A stretch of DNA of 64,000 nt, taken from contig CP055307.1 in the NCBI GenBank assembly GCA_013374835.1, forward strand, positions 749,304 through 813,303, in the 5' to 3' direction. Below are positions 1 to 9,968 of the stretch, piece after piece. The notes beneath the pieces are model-generated. The model worked only from the letters and a program-made list of their open reading frames with translations. It did no database searches and had not been told where the DNA came from. Origin of the DNA: Candidatus Woesebacteria bacterium (GTDB lineage: Bacteria > Patescibacteriota > Microgenomatia > UBA8517). The position numbers and the translations under genes are program-made. The first letter of the stretch is position 1; every line of letters starts with the position of its first letter.

Positions 1-84
1 GATACCGAATTCGATCTTAATTTGGAAAAACAAAGGACAATAAAAATCGGTAAGAAGAAATATATTGTTGCCGTAAAAACATGA
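1..84 (+). CDS. 3' end of an upstream CDS truncated by the window edge (…DTEFDLNLEKQRTIKIGKKKYIVAVKT*)
   Basis: Open frame running from the window start to a TGA at 82-84. No family recognised. Confidence 0.2.
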   Translation, partial: DTEFDLNLEKQRTIKIGKKKYIVAVKT

Positions 85-212
85 AAAGAAAATTAAGAAT
101 ATTCAAAAGAAAAAAGTTTTGGGCCAAGTTGCTTGTGATTATTGCAGGATTAGGGCTACTTTTAACCACGTTTCTTCCTTTTTTGTCGTTTATTATTTAA
201 CAGAGTATAAGA

Positions 213-2240
213 ATGAAACTTTATATGTCTGATCCCATAAGCCGGCTTCCGCTTGTGGGGTCAGTTTATCAAAAAAGGCTTAAAAGGCTTGGAATCAGAA
301 CAATTGAAGATATCTTGCTTCATCTTCCGCACAGATACGAAGATTATAGGCACGAAAAAAGTGTATCTTATCTTAAAGAGGGCGAGAGTATAACTGTCCG
401 GGGTAAAGTCGAGACGTTTAGGAACCAATACACAAAATCAAACAAAAAAATCCAGCTGTTGGTTGTCAAAAATAAAAAATCCCGTTTCAAAATCGTATGG
501 TTTAACCAACCTTTTTTATCGAGAACTTTTAAAAAAGGCGAAGAATTTTACTTTTCCGGCAAGACAGGATGGTTTGGGCGAGAAATTGTGCTTATGTCCC
601 CGGATTACGAAAAAATAGAAAAGGGCAAGTCACCGATTCACACATTAAGGCTTGTGCCCATTTATCCCGAAACAAGAGGAATTTCTTCAAAATGGTTGAG
701 AAGGAGAATTTTTGATCTTTACTTAAACGAAATAGAATTTACTGATTATTTGGACAAAGATGATCTGTCTCGCATGAAGCTTATAACGCGGGAAAGCGCT
801 TTTAAAAAAATACACTATCCAAAAGACTTCGACGATGTTTATGAAGGCAGACGAAGACTTGCTTTTGATGAGATTCTCACACTGGTTTTTGAAAATAGAC
901 AACGGGAAGGTGAATGGATTAGGAAAAAACCAAATTTTTCACTTAACATAAAGGATGATGAAATGAAAAAATTTTTTGATTCAATTCCGTTTAAGCTTAC
1001 TGCTTCTCAGATAAGGTCTATTAACGAAATACTTAAAGACATGAGATCGGAACTGCCCATGAATAGACTTCTGCAAGGAGACGTCGGTAGCGGAAAAACT
1101 ATTGTTGCTGCAGCTTCTTGTTTTGCTTCTTTTTCTTGCGGGTATCAATCGGTAGTTATGGCTCCAACTCTTGCGCTAGCACAACAGCACTACGAAACAC
1201 TGGGCAATTTGTTTAAACCATTTGGCGCAAAGGTTTCTATTTTTACTTCATTTAGCGGCAAAAAAAAGGATATTGATGCAGATATAATAGTGGGGACTCA
1301 TGCGCTGCTTTACAAATCCATATCCCAGCTTAAAGTGGCACTAGTTGTAATTGACGAGCAGCACAGATTTGGTGTTAAACAAAGAGCCGAAATTTCTGAA
1401 ATAACAAAACAAGAAGACTGTGTACCACACGTCCTGACAATGACCGCGACTCCTATACCAAGAAGTATTGCGTTAACTTTTTACGGTGATCTTGATGTTT
1501 CTTTTATGAAAGACATACCAATGGGCAGAAAAAAAATAAAAACATGGATCGTTCCGGAGGAAAAAAGAGCTGCAGCTTACGAGTGGATTTCAAATGAGAT
1601 TAAAAGAAACAAAGTACAAGTGTTTGTGATTTGCCCTTTGATAGAGGAGTCTAAGATTACAAGTATGAGTGAAGTAAAATCGGCTAAAAAGGAATATGAA
1701 AAAATTATAAAAATTTTTCCCGATTTAAGAATAGGGCTTTTGCACGGACGCTTAAAATCCGGGGAAAGAGAAGGTGTTATTGATAAATTAAGAAAAGGCG
1801 AAATAGATATTTTGGTTTCAACACCAGTTGTCGAAGTGGGGATTGATATTCCCAATGCTACCATCATTGTAATTGAAACAGCCGACAGATTCGGGCTCGC
1901 CCAACTTCATCAATTAAGAGGCAGGGTAGGTAGGAGCACAAAGCAAAGCTACTGTCTTTTATTTTCCGAATCAAAAGGAGAAAAAGCTCGAAAAAGGCTT
2001 GAAATACTTAGAGAAAACCACTCGGGGTTTGAGCTATCTGAAATGGATTTAAGAATGCGCGGGCCGGGTGAGATTTTCGGAATAAGACAGCACGGGATTC
2101 CGGAGCTAAAGATTGCATCGTGGAGTGATATTGATATTATCAAACAAGCTAAAAAATTTGTACAAGAAATTTACTCGAACAAGAATAAATACAAACGTGT
2201 ATTTGAGTATTTTGATAGTAAAAAAATAGCTTTTAATTAA
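213..2240 (+). CDS. recG: ATP-dependent DNA helicase RecG
   Basis: 675 aa. Walker A GDVGSGKT and DEQH box. N-terminal wedge/OB region and C-terminal helicase domain, including the RecG-typical TRG region. Confidence 0.9.
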   Translation: MKLYMSDPISRLPLVGSVYQKRLKRLGIRTIEDILLHLPHRYEDYRHEKSVSYLKEGESITVRGKVETFRNQYTKSNKKIQLLVVKNKKSRFKIVWFNQPFLSRTFKKGEEFYFSGKTGWFGREIVLMSPDYEKIEKGKSPIHTLRLVPIYPETRGISSKWLRRRIFDLYLNEIEFTDYLDKDDLSRMKLITRESAFKKIHYPKDFDDVYEGRRRLAFDEILTLVFENRQREGEWIRKKPNFSLNIKDDEMKKFFDSIPFKLTASQIRSINEILKDMRSELPMNRLLQGDVGSGKTIVAAASCFASFSCGYQSVVMAPTLALAQQHYETLGNLFKPFGAKVSIFTSFSGKKKDIDADIIVGTHALLYKSISQLKVALVVIDEQHRFGVKQRAEISEITKQEDCVPHVLTMTATPIPRSIALTFYGDLDVSFMKDIPMGRKKIKTWIVPEEKRAAAYEWISNEIKRNKVQVFVICPLIEESKITSMSEVKSAKKEYEKIIKIFPDLRIGLLHGRLKSGEREGVIDKLRKGEIDILVSTPVVEVGIDIPNATIIVIETADRFGLAQLHQLRGRVGRSTKQSYCLLFSESKGEKARKRLEILRENHSGFELSEMDLRMRGPGEIFGIRQHGIPELKIASWSDIDIIKQAKKFVQEIYSNKNKYKRVFEYFDSKKIAFN

Positions 2241-2280
2241 TTTACTTGCAAAGGATGGGCTTTAGATATAAAATTCCATC

Positions 2281-2418
2281 ATGACTGCATTACCAAAGAA
2301 AAAACACACCAGAGCAAGGTCTAATAAAAGAAGAGGGAAGAGTGCGCTATCGCTTAAAAGTGTCTATGATCAGTATTCAAAGGTAAAAGGAAGGGAAAAA
2401 AAGCTTTCTTCGAAATGA
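2281..2418 (+). CDS. rpmF: 50S ribosomal protein L32 (45 aa, not in the ORF track)
   Basis: Translation MTALPKKKHTRARSNKRRGKSALSLKSV... carries the L32 PKKK-S-R-RR motif. Its TGA stop overlaps the nusB ATG (ATGA). Confidence 0.55.
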   Translation: MTALPKKKHTRARSNKRRGKSALSLKSVYDQYSKVKGREKKLSSK

Positions 2419-2783
2419 AATCTGCCAAAGACCCCAGACATAAAAAGAGGCGAAGAGTGGTAAAAGAACTTTTTGCAAATATTTTTCTGAAACAAGAAAG
2501 CAGTGAATTTGCGAACCAGATATTAAACAAAACTGAAATAATTGACGAATATATTAAAAAGGCGGCACCTCAATGGCCAATTGAGAAACTTAATAAAATT
2601 GATCTTGCCATACTAAGACTTGCAACTTACGAGATGTTAGAAAGCGATACACCAGAGAAAGTAATTATAGATGAGGCGGTAGAGCTGGCAAAAGAATACG
2701 GCGGAGAAAGCTCTCCTTCTTTTATAAACGGCGTGATGGGCAATATACTTAAACAGTTAACAAAAAAGGATGGTAAAAATTAA
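2415..2783 (+). CDS. nusB: transcription antitermination factor NusB
   Basis: 122 aa with the NusB-like helical fold signature (LAILRLATYEML...). Confidence 0.8.
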   Translation: MKSAKDPRHKKRRRVVKELFANIFLKQESSEFANQILNKTEIIDEYIKKAAPQWPIEKLNKIDLAILRLATYEMLESDTPEKVIIDEAVELAKEYGGESSPSFINGVMGNILKQLTKKDGKN

Positions 2784-3474
2784 AGATAAATCCAGTTTAA
2801 TAGAACTGAAAAAGTATTTTTCAGACAAGGAGATGTTTGAGCAAGCCTTGACTCATAGGTCCTGGGTAAACGAAAATCCAGGTATTAGACAATCGAATGA
2901 ACGTCTTGAATTTTTGGGGGATGCAGTGCTTGAATTCGTGGTTTCAGATTATTTATTTAAGCGACTTAAGAATCGTGAAGAAGGATTTTTAACGGCTCTT
3001 AGGGCAAATATCGTAAACACCAAAAATTTATCCGAGCTAGCTAAAATGGGCAGTTTCGGAGATTTTCTTCATTTTTCAAAAGGCGAAAAAATAAGCGGCG
3101 GTTCGAGTAACCCGGCACTTTTAGCAAATGCCGTTGAAGCAATTATCGGAGCGCTTTATTTAGATAAAGGACTGGAAGCTGCTGAAAAGTTTATCGTGGA
3201 CAATTTGCTTGGCGATCTTGAAAAAAAACTTAAACAACCATTGAAAGATTCTAAAAGCCTATTTCAAGAAAAAGTTCAGTCAATGGGTTTTGATACACCG
3301 AAGTACAAAGTCTTATCTGAATCCGGACCAGATCATGCAAAAAGATTCAAGGTTGAGGTAACGGTAAACGGCAAGGCTGTGGCACAGGGCCAAGGCAAAA
3401 GCAAAAATGAAGCAGAACAAGATGCCGCACGCAATGCACTGAATACTAATTTTCCCGCCCAGCCTTGCGTTTAG
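2770..3474 (+). CDS. rnc: ribonuclease III
   Basis: RNase III catalytic signature ERLEFLGDAVLE and a C-terminal dsRBD (AKRFKVEV...GKSKNEAEQDAA). Confidence 0.9.
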   Translation: MVKIKDKSSLIELKKYFSDKEMFEQALTHRSWVNENPGIRQSNERLEFLGDAVLEFVVSDYLFKRLKNREEGFLTALRANIVNTKNLSELAKMGSFGDFLHFSKGEKISGGSSNPALLANAVEAIIGALYLDKGLEAAEKFIVDNLLGDLEKKLKQPLKDSKSLFQEKVQSMGFDTPKYKVLSESGPDHAKRFKVEVTVNGKAVAQGQGKSKNEAEQDAARNALNTNFPAQPCV

Positions 3475-3500
3475 TGAATTTAGAGGTTAAAATCAACGAT

Positions 3501-3719
3501 ATGGTAAAAATAAGACTAACAAGAATCGGAAAGAGAAATGACCCTTTTTATAGAATTGTTGCTATTGATTCGCAGAAGAAAAGAGAAGGAAAATTTATAG
3601 AGGGATTAGGCTATTGGCATCCTCGCGAAAAAAACAAAAAAATCGATAAAGCAGCATTTGATAAATGGATCGGCAGGGGAGCCGTTATTTCAGACGGAGT
3701 CAGAAAATTACTAAAATGA
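3501..3719 (+). CDS. rpsP: 30S ribosomal protein S16
   Basis: MVKIRLTRIGKRNDPFYRIVAIDS...GYWHP is the classic S16 N-terminus. The start was moved to the internal ATG at 3501. Confidence 0.85.
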   Translation: MVKIRLTRIGKRNDPFYRIVAIDSQKKREGKFIEGLGYWHPREKNKKIDKAAFDKWIGRGAVISDGVRKLLK

Positions 3720-3949
3720 AAAATCTTGTCTCTTATTTGATTGCAAGCATCACCGGATCTAAAGAATTTGAAGTTGAGGAAAAAACAGAAGGGGACCAAA
3801 TAGAACTTAACGTTAAAACAAAAAAAGACATCATCGGTTTAATAATCGGCAAAGAAGGTAAAACTATCAAAAATATAAGAAAAATACTATCTATAAAAGC
3901 TACTCTTGAAAAGAAAATTGTAAATATTAATGTTACCGCAGAGAACTGA
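3716..3949 (+). CDS. KH-domain RNA-binding protein (YlqC/UPF0109-like)
   Basis: The GKEGKTIKNIRK KH motif. Its ATG overlaps the rpsP stop, the usual rpsP-KH arrangement. Confidence 0.7.
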   Translation: MKNLVSYLIASITGSKEFEVEEKTEGDQIELNVKTKKDIIGLIIGKEGKTIKNIRKILSIKATLEKKIVNINVTAEN

Positions 3950-4637
3950 ATGGATTAGGCCTATCCGTTATCTCCTGAGGTGCAAGTGCCGAGACGTCTA
4001 CAAGCGATGCTTCTTTGTAGGTTGTAAGTAGCTGCAAGATCTGTTTTTCAGAAGAAGTAAGTGGTGAGACAGGCTTACTTATCGAAGGAAGCGTGGCCGG
4101 CAGAGAAGACCAGTGGGCTTTATAGGTAATTGCTGCTTCGTAAGTGTTATTGGATTTCTCTATGGTAAGTTCGTTTATGCTTATTAAAGGTTTGGAAGTT
4201 TTAAGGCCCTCAATCATTCTTGCAATTTGTGTGTAATCTCCCATTAGACCTACTGTTACATTAACTGAAGACATGGATTCTTCACCCGTTCTTGATTGGG
4301 AAAGACGATTGTCGATAATTAATTCAGTTATTAAAACCCCGTTTTCTTGCGCAATAGCTCTTATCTGTGAAGCAACAAAAAGCGCAGGATTTTTAGAGGG
4401 AAGTGCCAAGGATACATTTACTGCACTGTCTGAAACAGATTCTGTTTCTGCTTGTTTTAGCGACGTTAACCTTTCTTTTAAAAGATCTACTTCTTTTTGT
4501 GAAGATTTTATATCCTTTCTTAGAGTGGTAATTTTTTTATAAATGCTGCTAAATCCAATGACCGCTATAATAAGAGTTATAAGCAAAACACCCCCGGGAA
4601 GCGCTAATTTTTTAATTTTCAGATAACTAATTTTCAT
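3933..4637 (-). CDS. pilO: type IV pilus assembly protein PilO-like
   Basis: N-terminal TM helix, a coiled coil (KEVDLLKERLTSLKQ) and a C-terminal PilO-like domain. It is the last gene of the pilMNO block. Confidence 0.6.
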   Translation of the reverse strand: MKISYLKIKKLALPGGVLLITLIIAVIGFSSIYKKITTLRKDIKSSQKEVDLLKERLTSLKQAETESVSDSAVNVSLALPSKNPALFVASQIRAIAQENGVLITELIIDNRLSQSRTGEESMSSVNVTVGLMGDYTQIARMIEGLKTSKPLISINELTIEKSNNTYEAAITYKAHWSSLPATLPSISKPVSPLTSSEKQILQLLTTYKEASLVDVSALAPQEITDRPNPFSSLR

Positions 4638-4641
4638 TTTA

Positions 4642-5172
4642 CTAATTAATGATTAAATTCATGCTATAGCCGCTAAAAGGACTGAAAGTAATGTTTGATA
4701 TGTTTATTTTTGAAAAATCGTTTTTACTCTCGATAATCTGAGTTATCAAGTTTGCCAAGCTTTGAGAGTTTGTTGTTTTAAGCTCGAGCCGTGAGCTGCC
4801 TTGTACAATTGAGGAATCTTCAACTGAAGTAGTTTCATCAAAAAAATCGACAATTATTTTTTGTTTGTTAAGTAAGGCTTCGTTTTGCTGAGAGTCAAGA
4901 ATTGTTTGGATTTTTTGGATTCTGTCCTTAACAAGGACAAGGCCCTGTTCTGTTGATTCTAGACTTACAATGCTTTGTTTGTACGAAGCATTTTCTTGGT
5001 TTAATCTATCGAGCTTTTTTGTTAAATAAAAAGTATATGAAACAGCAAGTACTGCTACAAAAAAAGAGATAGCGGCGAGAATTCCTGTAACAATTTTTAT
5101 AATGCCAGTTATTTTATCCAATTCTTCGCCAACTGCTAATTGTTCGGGTAGCAAATTAATTTTTGTGGCCAT
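4642..5172 (-). CDS. pilN: type IV pilus assembly protein PilN-like
   Basis: Begins ...INLLPEQ, followed by a single TM helix, as in PilN. Sits directly after pilM. Confidence 0.65.
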   Translation of the reverse strand: MATKINLLPEQLAVGEELDKITGIIKIVTGILAAISFFVAVLAVSYTFYLTKKLDRLNQENASYKQSIVSLESTEQGLVLVKDRIQKIQTILDSQQNEALLNKQKIIVDFFDETTSVEDSSIVQGSSRLELKTTNSQSLANLITQIIESKNDFSKINISNITFSPFSGYSMNLIIN

Positions 5173-5173
5173 T

Positions 5174-6193
5174 TTAGTCTCCTCTTAACGCCAGTCCAAG
5201 AGCTACTGAGTAAAGCGGTGAATAGGGTGCTAAATTTTTTGCTGCTTCCGGCTCTACCTCAACTTTGGCAAACGGATTACCAATTACTACTTCCGTATTT
5301 AATGCTTTGGTTAAAGCAGATGCAACACCCGGCATCCCCGAAGTGCCTCCTGTGAGTATTATAGTTGCTGGAGCTTCTCCTTTTGTTTCCATTTGATAAT
5401 AATGTATTGTTTTTCTAACGTCTTCTATAACTGCGCCAAATATCGGAAGAAGCGCTTTGCCAACCTTTCCTTCAAGTTGTTTTTCGGTAAGCCCATAGGT
5501 CCTCTTGTACTGATCCGCTTGTTCCATAGAAACACCTAAAGACTGTGCCACGGCCCTTGTAAATGCGTCGCCGGCCGTGGGGATTGAACGTGAGAAAAAA
5601 AGTTCCTCGTTTTTCGCGATTGCTATATTTGTCGATACTGAACCAATATCTAGGATAAGCACTGTCTTTTCTGGTACGGCAAGACTTCTGGCCATAGACA
5701 TGAGTTCCGTTTCGACGCCGACGACCTCGAGATTTATTAAGCTTAGTATCTTTATGTATTTTTCTACTAGTTCCCTAAGTACTGCCACAAGAAGTACTAT
5801 TACTTGTGGGGGATTTCCTACTTCTTGTCTTTCTAGTATCTTATGCTCTATTATCGCGTCTTTTACCGGTATGGGAATGTATTCTTCCGCTTCCCATTTG
5901 ACGGCCGAGGCAATTTCCTGGTCGTTTAGAAGAGGAAACTTCATTATTCTTGTATAGGCTAATGATTCGGGTATTGATATGGAAATTTTTCTTGAGGAAA
6001 TTTTTGAATCTTTAAGAAGCTTTCTTATGCTCTGTGCAAGATCTGCCAATTCCTTTTCATCTTGCATTTTGTCGATACTGGTTTTAAGCGTATATGATAT
6101 GGCACCTGCTGATTTTAGCGCCGGTTTTTTGGCGTCTTTTGACAGCTCGACCACTTTTATTGTTTTTGTACCTATATCAAGTCCTACGCTCAT
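5174..6193 (-). CDS. pilM: type IV pilus assembly protein PilM (actin-like ATPase fold)
   Basis: 339 aa. VGLDIGTKTIKVV phosphate-1 motif and an ...ILDIGSVSTNI... ATPase core. Confidence 0.8.
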   Translation of the reverse strand: MSVGLDIGTKTIKVVELSKDAKKPALKSAGAISYTLKTSIDKMQDEKELADLAQSIRKLLKDSKISSRKISISIPESLAYTRIMKFPLLNDQEIASAVKWEAEEYIPIPVKDAIIEHKILERQEVGNPPQVIVLLVAVLRELVEKYIKILSLINLEVVGVETELMSMARSLAVPEKTVLILDIGSVSTNIAIAKNEELFFSRSIPTAGDAFTRAVAQSLGVSMEQADQYKRTYGLTEKQLEGKVGKALLPIFGAVIEDVRKTIHYYQMETKGEAPATIILTGGTSGMPGVASALTKALNTEVVIGNPFAKVEVEPEAAKNLAPYSPLYSVALGLALRGD

Positions 6194-7077
6194 TTTAAGA
6201 TTGAATTTTGTGAAAATAATGCCGAGTCGAAAATTTCCGGTATATCTGAGAAAAGCTCATAAACTTCGACTTTTCTTTCCGCGCTTCCGGCTACTCCGGT
6301 TGACTGAATTTTTCTGCCTTGAGTTGGAAACGTGTTATTGGCAAGTACAGCAAGACTTTGTGTATCGGATATATAAAGCAGCCTTGCCCTTATTATTTTT
6401 AAACCTCCGGGGCTATTCCAAGGTGTACCGTGTGCATCAGGCAACAGATCGTTAAAATTAAGCTCTGCTTGGTAACGGAATCTTATCCCTTCTACTTCAC
6501 AGGCACTGCAGGCTTGGGATGCTAAAAAATGATTACTATTCCTTCTTGATCCAATGGGATCAAAGCCTACTCTTGTTGAGTGAATCCTACCTAATCCATC
6601 TTGATAAACTATAGCCAGCTCCAAAGCGGGGGTGTCTTTGCCTTCTTCCGCAAAAAGCATTCTCAGATTTGTACCCGTAAAGCCGGAGTTTTGAAGAATT
6701 GATCCGTTAGAATCGTGGCCGACTAACCAAAAAGTAGCTGTTTCTCCGGAAGTAAGCTCGAAAGGATAAAGATAGGTTGAGGGGCTTTCTGATGGGAAAC
6801 TTACAACTTCAGCTTGGTATTCGGAATCTTCACCAGATTCGCCAAGATTTTTTTCAATTGTTTCGCCATATTGCACCTGCTCTATTAGTGCCTCTTCAAC
6901 ACCTGCCTCAGCCGCAGAAAAGGCACGGAGAGATTCTTCTGTTTCGGTGGTTACCGCTACATCCGAAATTGACCTCGAAACGACCGATAGGGAAATGGTA
7001 ATTATTGTCGTCATAGCAAGAAGAACTATCAGAAGAGCTTGTCCGTTTTGTGTTCTGGAAAAATAAATTTTTCTCAT
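6190..7077 (-). CDS. PilX-like minor pilin / pilus assembly protein
   Basis: N-terminus QNGQALLIVLLAMTTIITISLSV resembles the PilX_N hydrophobic segment. Located inside the pilus operon. Confidence 0.45.
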   Translation of the reverse strand: MRKIYFSRTQNGQALLIVLLAMTTIITISLSVVSRSISDVAVTTETEESLRAFSAAEAGVEEALIEQVQYGETIEKNLGESGEDSEYQAEVVSFPSESPSTYLYPFELTSGETATFWLVGHDSNGSILQNSGFTGTNLRMLFAEEGKDTPALELAIVYQDGLGRIHSTRVGFDPIGSRRNSNHFLASQACSACEVEGIRFRYQAELNFNDLLPDAHGTPWNSPGGLKIIRARLLYISDTQSLAVLANNTFPTQGRKIQSTGVAGSAERKVEVYELFSDIPEIFDSALFSQNSILK

Positions 7078-7108
7078 TAATTCAGTTTAGAGATTTCAAC
7101 AAGTCACG

Positions 7109-7588
7109 TCAATACACCCTTAAATTGATTGTTGTTGATGAGGTAATAGGCGAGCGTTCTTCGGCGATACTACTTATACCCTCAGCCGAAAGCGAAACAT
7201 CTACAGATTCAGGTACTCCTTCAGCGGCATTTTGACAAGAAATGCTGCAAGCTGTTATTCGGATTTCGTCGTTTGTGAGACGACCTTCTTCGTTTTCAAC
7301 ACGACCGTTGTTGCTGCCCACATTCAAGCAAACGAAATATGCTGCTTGATCGTTTTCTGTTGTGTAATCTATTCTTGTCGCCTGGCAATTTGTTATCTCC
7401 TTAGAATTTCTAAGACGCCGCTCCATAACGGAAATTGTATAATCTAAGGATTCACGAACTTTTATAATTGATTCGGATTTTCTGGAGGTAATTATTGAAT
7501 TAACCAAAGCTTGAGTCATCACAACGGATATTATTGCAAAAACTACTATCACTACGAGCGTTTCTATTATTGAGAATCCTTTATTCAT
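7109..7588 (-). CDS. prepilin-type N-terminal cleavage/methylation domain protein (minor pilin)
   Basis: MNKG/FSIIETLVV class-III signal peptide with G at -1 and E at +5. The start was moved to the internal ATG. Confidence 0.6.
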   Translation of the reverse strand: MNKGFSIIETLVVIVVFAIISVVMTQALVNSIITSRKSESIIKVRESLDYTISVMERRLRNSKEITNCQATRIDYTTENDQAAYFVCLNVGSNNGRVENEEGRLTNDEIRITACSISCQNAAEGVPESVDVSLSAEGISSIAEERSPITSSTTINLRVY

Positions 7589-7589
7589 T

Positions 7590-8048
7590 TTATTCCGCTT
7601 TCCAGTTAGTAAACACAGTGGTTGCCCTTGATTCATGAATTTTATCCGATGAACCTCTCCACGAGGTAATAACTGTTGCCTCAACTCTGGGAGGAGGTCC
7701 AGGATTATAATCAAGTATGACCTGGCGCCAAAAATTATTTGTACCCAAAACATATTCTTCCGAACCACATGGACCCGGATTATTAAAGCTTGTAAGAGTT
7801 CTTAAGCACCACGTGCGACCACCCTGCGCTCTTGAGACAAAAGCGTTCCAGTCGTTATCTCTTTGGGATCTAAGCCATTCAATAGCCGACTGCGTATATC
7901 TTGATGCCAAGGTTCTATTTCTTGAAAAGCTTGAATTATCTATAGATTTTGTAGCAAGCCCGATTACAGCCAAAACAACAAGGCTTATAAAAGCCACTGC
8001 AACAATCAGCTCAAACAAGGATTGACCTTTGTTAGTTGCAATTAACAT
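7590..8048 (-). CDS. prepilin-type minor pilin
   Basis: NKG/QSLFELIVAVAF class-III leader. The start was trimmed so it does not overlap the upstream pilin gene. Confidence 0.55.
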   Translation of the reverse strand: MLIATNKGQSLFELIVAVAFISLVVLAVIGLATKSIDNSSFSRNRTLASRYTQSAIEWLRSQRDNDWNAFVSRAQGGRTWCLRTLTSFNNPGPCGSEEYVLGTNNFWRQVILDYNPGPPPRVEATVITSWRGSSDKIHESRATTVFTNWKAE

Positions 8049-8529
8049 TATCCGTTTTTGTAATTTTACCCGCCGACGTAATTTCAATAGCATTTCCCAC
8101 ATTATTTTCACATATATTAATATTAACCGTTCCCGATATGTCCGTACCACCTGTCACAGATTTAAACAAAATACTTGTTGTACTTGGTAAAATCCTAAAA
8201 CTTATGCCTGAGGTAAGTTCGGCTGTTCTAAAGAGGAAATTACGACCAGAAGAGCATCTGGCACTAATTGAATAGCGGTTTGAGGAAATAAAAGTAACAA
8301 GCACTCCTTCGTAATAATCGGGTCTTGGGCAATTAAAACCTTCTGGTTTGGTACCACTTAACGCGTATTCCTGGGCTATCCGGAGATCTGCTTCTACCAA
8401 GCGTACCGCACCTGCAACTTTTTGTCTTCTGGTAAATTCCTGATATCCTATATACCCCGCCTGCAAAAACAATGCAAAAATTCCCATTACAACCAAAAGC
8501 TCGATCAGTGAATATCCTTTTTGACTCAT
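8032..8529 (-). CDS. prepilin-type pseudopilin (GspH/FimT-like)
   Basis: MSQKG/YSLIELLVVMGIF class-III leader. Confidence 0.6.
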   Translation of the reverse strand: MSQKGYSLIELLVVMGIFALFLQAGYIGYQEFTRRQKVAGAVRLVEADLRIAQEYALSGTKPEGFNCPRPDYYEGVLVTFISSNRYSISARCSSGRNFLFRTAELTSGISFRILPSTTSILFKSVTGGTDISGTVNINICENNVGNAIEITSAGKITKTDNVNCN

Positions 8530-8533
8530 ATAT

Positions 8534-8989
8534 TTACGGGCTTGTTACTTTATAATTGCAGGTTCCCGAACCGCAGTTTGACGAACCCCCACAAGTTACG
8601 CTTGGGCGTTCATCCTCCAAACTTGCACAAAGCTCATATGAATTGGGAGAAATTCTTGAATAGCGATAGATTCTGCCTTGTTGAGGATCTTCGGGAACAT
8701 CGGATATGTAAACGTTGGAGCTGGGACAATAGCTTGTTAATCCCGATCCACGAAGGGGGGAGGGGACTTTTCCAGACTGGGGCGCGGGATACTGCCCGCA
8801 ATCGGCGCGATAAATTTCGAGCCCAGAGCGTATTGTTTCAAGATCGGATTTTCTTTTTGAATCTCTTCCTGTTTTGAGCGTTTCAATAATTGCAAACGTA
8901 GATATTGTAATTATTATGGCAATTATAGAAAGCGTTATCAAAAGCTCGATTAAAGTAAAACCTGTTTGAAATTTTTTAGTAATATTCAT
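8534..8989 (-). CDS. type IV pilin / PulG-like pseudopilin
   Basis: QTG/FTLIELLITL leader plus a KRKSDLETIRSGLEIY PulG-type helix. Start trimmed to the MNITKK... ATG. Confidence 0.65.
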   Translation of the reverse strand: MNITKKFQTGFTLIELLITLSIIAIIITISTFAIIETLKTGRDSKRKSDLETIRSGLEIYRADCGQYPAPQSGKVPSPLRGSGLTSYCPSSNVYISDVPEDPQQGRIYRYSRISPNSYELCASLEDERPSVTCGGSSNCGSGTCNYKVTSP

Positions 8990-9429
8990 AATGGACAATT
9001 TGCCGAGTTTGGTTGAACCGTAGAATCTCCAACTTCTCCAGTTGAACACACGACGAAGTATGTTATCGGCGTATTGGGTTTTTCAAGACGCGCCCAAAGA
9101 ACGTATGAATCTCCGTCAGAAAAAATGCGATAGCGAAAAGTCGGAGATCTAGGATCATCCGGGCATGAGAGATCTCCAAGGGGCCTTCCTGAACCACAAA
9201 GCGCTGTTAATTCGTTTCCGTTTGCAACGGGGTATACAAAATCGTTTTTAATAGCATAGTTTTCGAGAGCCACTTGATAATTTTTAATATCAGATCTTCT
9301 TTTTGTATCTCTTGCAGAATCTTGAGAACCAGACAATCTCACCAGAAAAAATGTGGCGATAATCATTAGCATTGCCGAAACAACAAGAAGCTCCAACAGG
9401 GTAAAGCCTTTATTTTGTTTTTTCCTCAT
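8986..9429 (-). CDS. type IV pilin / PulG-like pseudopilin
   Basis: NKG/FTLLELLVV leader and KRRSDIKNYQVALENY. Confidence 0.65.
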   Translation of the reverse strand: MRKKQNKGFTLLELLVVSAMLMIIATFFLVRLSGSQDSARDTKRRSDIKNYQVALENYAIKNDFVYPVANGNELTALCGSGRPLGDLSCPDDPRSPTFRYRIFSDGDSYVLWARLEKPNTPITYFVVCSTGEVGDSTVQPNSANCPL

Positions 9430-9967
9430 CTAATTCATTTTCATATTCTTTAAGAGTTTTATCAAGTGGTGTCCTTCCATCCGAACGACCGAAGTTGCAT
9501 ATTTTTGTACCACAAGGCAAATTTCTAGCAAGAATTGCAGGATCGAATTCGTCTTCTTTATCGCTTTCCAAGCTTGCAAAAATTTGATAATGATACCCTG
9601 TAGAAACGTAATAGTAGGAATAGCCCTCGAACCACTTTGGATCAATCGGCAAAAGCTTAAGATAGGGCGAGATACCGTCTTTCCCCCATTCGCAGGGAAG
9701 TAATATTGGCTTTCCTTCTTTGTCGAACTTACCACTTTCACAAGCAATAATTTTTCCATCCGTGCTTGAGAGCGGGAATAAGCCAAAATCTTCTTTGTAA
9801 ACGTTTAGCGAATCGTAGATGCTTCTTATATCGTTTTTTCTTTGGACATCACGGCTTTTTCTAAGAGAAATTTTAAGATTTATTAAACTTACTGTAACTA
9901 AAGACAGTATAATTATCGAAACTGCCAAAAACTCATTTTTTGTAAATCCAAATATTTTTTGGGGCAT
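9410..9967 (-). CDS. pilin-like protein with atypical leader
   Basis: FG/FTKNE (G at -1, E at +5) with RDVQRKNDIRSIYDSLNVY, a PulG-like helix. Confidence 0.5.
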   Translation of the reverse strand: MPQKIFGFTKNEFLAVSIIILSLVTVSLINLKISLRKSRDVQRKNDIRSIYDSLNVYKEDFGLFPLSSTDGKIIACESGKFDKEGKPILLPCEWGKDGISPYLKLLPIDPKWFEGYSYYYVSTGYHYQIFASLESDKEDEFDPAILARNLPCGTKICNFGRSDGRTPLDKTLKEYENELDEEKTK

Positions 9968-9968
9968 T

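Noticed and set aside
81-200. 39-codon ORF encoding a small hydrophobic peptide upstream of recG (MKRKLRIFKRKKFWAKLLVIIAGLGLLLTTFLPFLSFII)
   Set aside because: It is plausible as a small membrane protein but lacks an obvious Shine-Dalgarno and any homology I can recognise. It is too uncertain to list as a feature.
1577-1867. Antisense ORFs inside recG. The same applies to antisense ORFs 5577-5957 (in pilM), 27345-27734 (in gyrA), 58109-58543 and 59051-59299 (in the 743-aa gene), and 47323-47712 (across ssb)
   Set aside because: They are embedded in strongly supported genes on the opposite strand. They have biased, low-complexity compositions and no independent signals.
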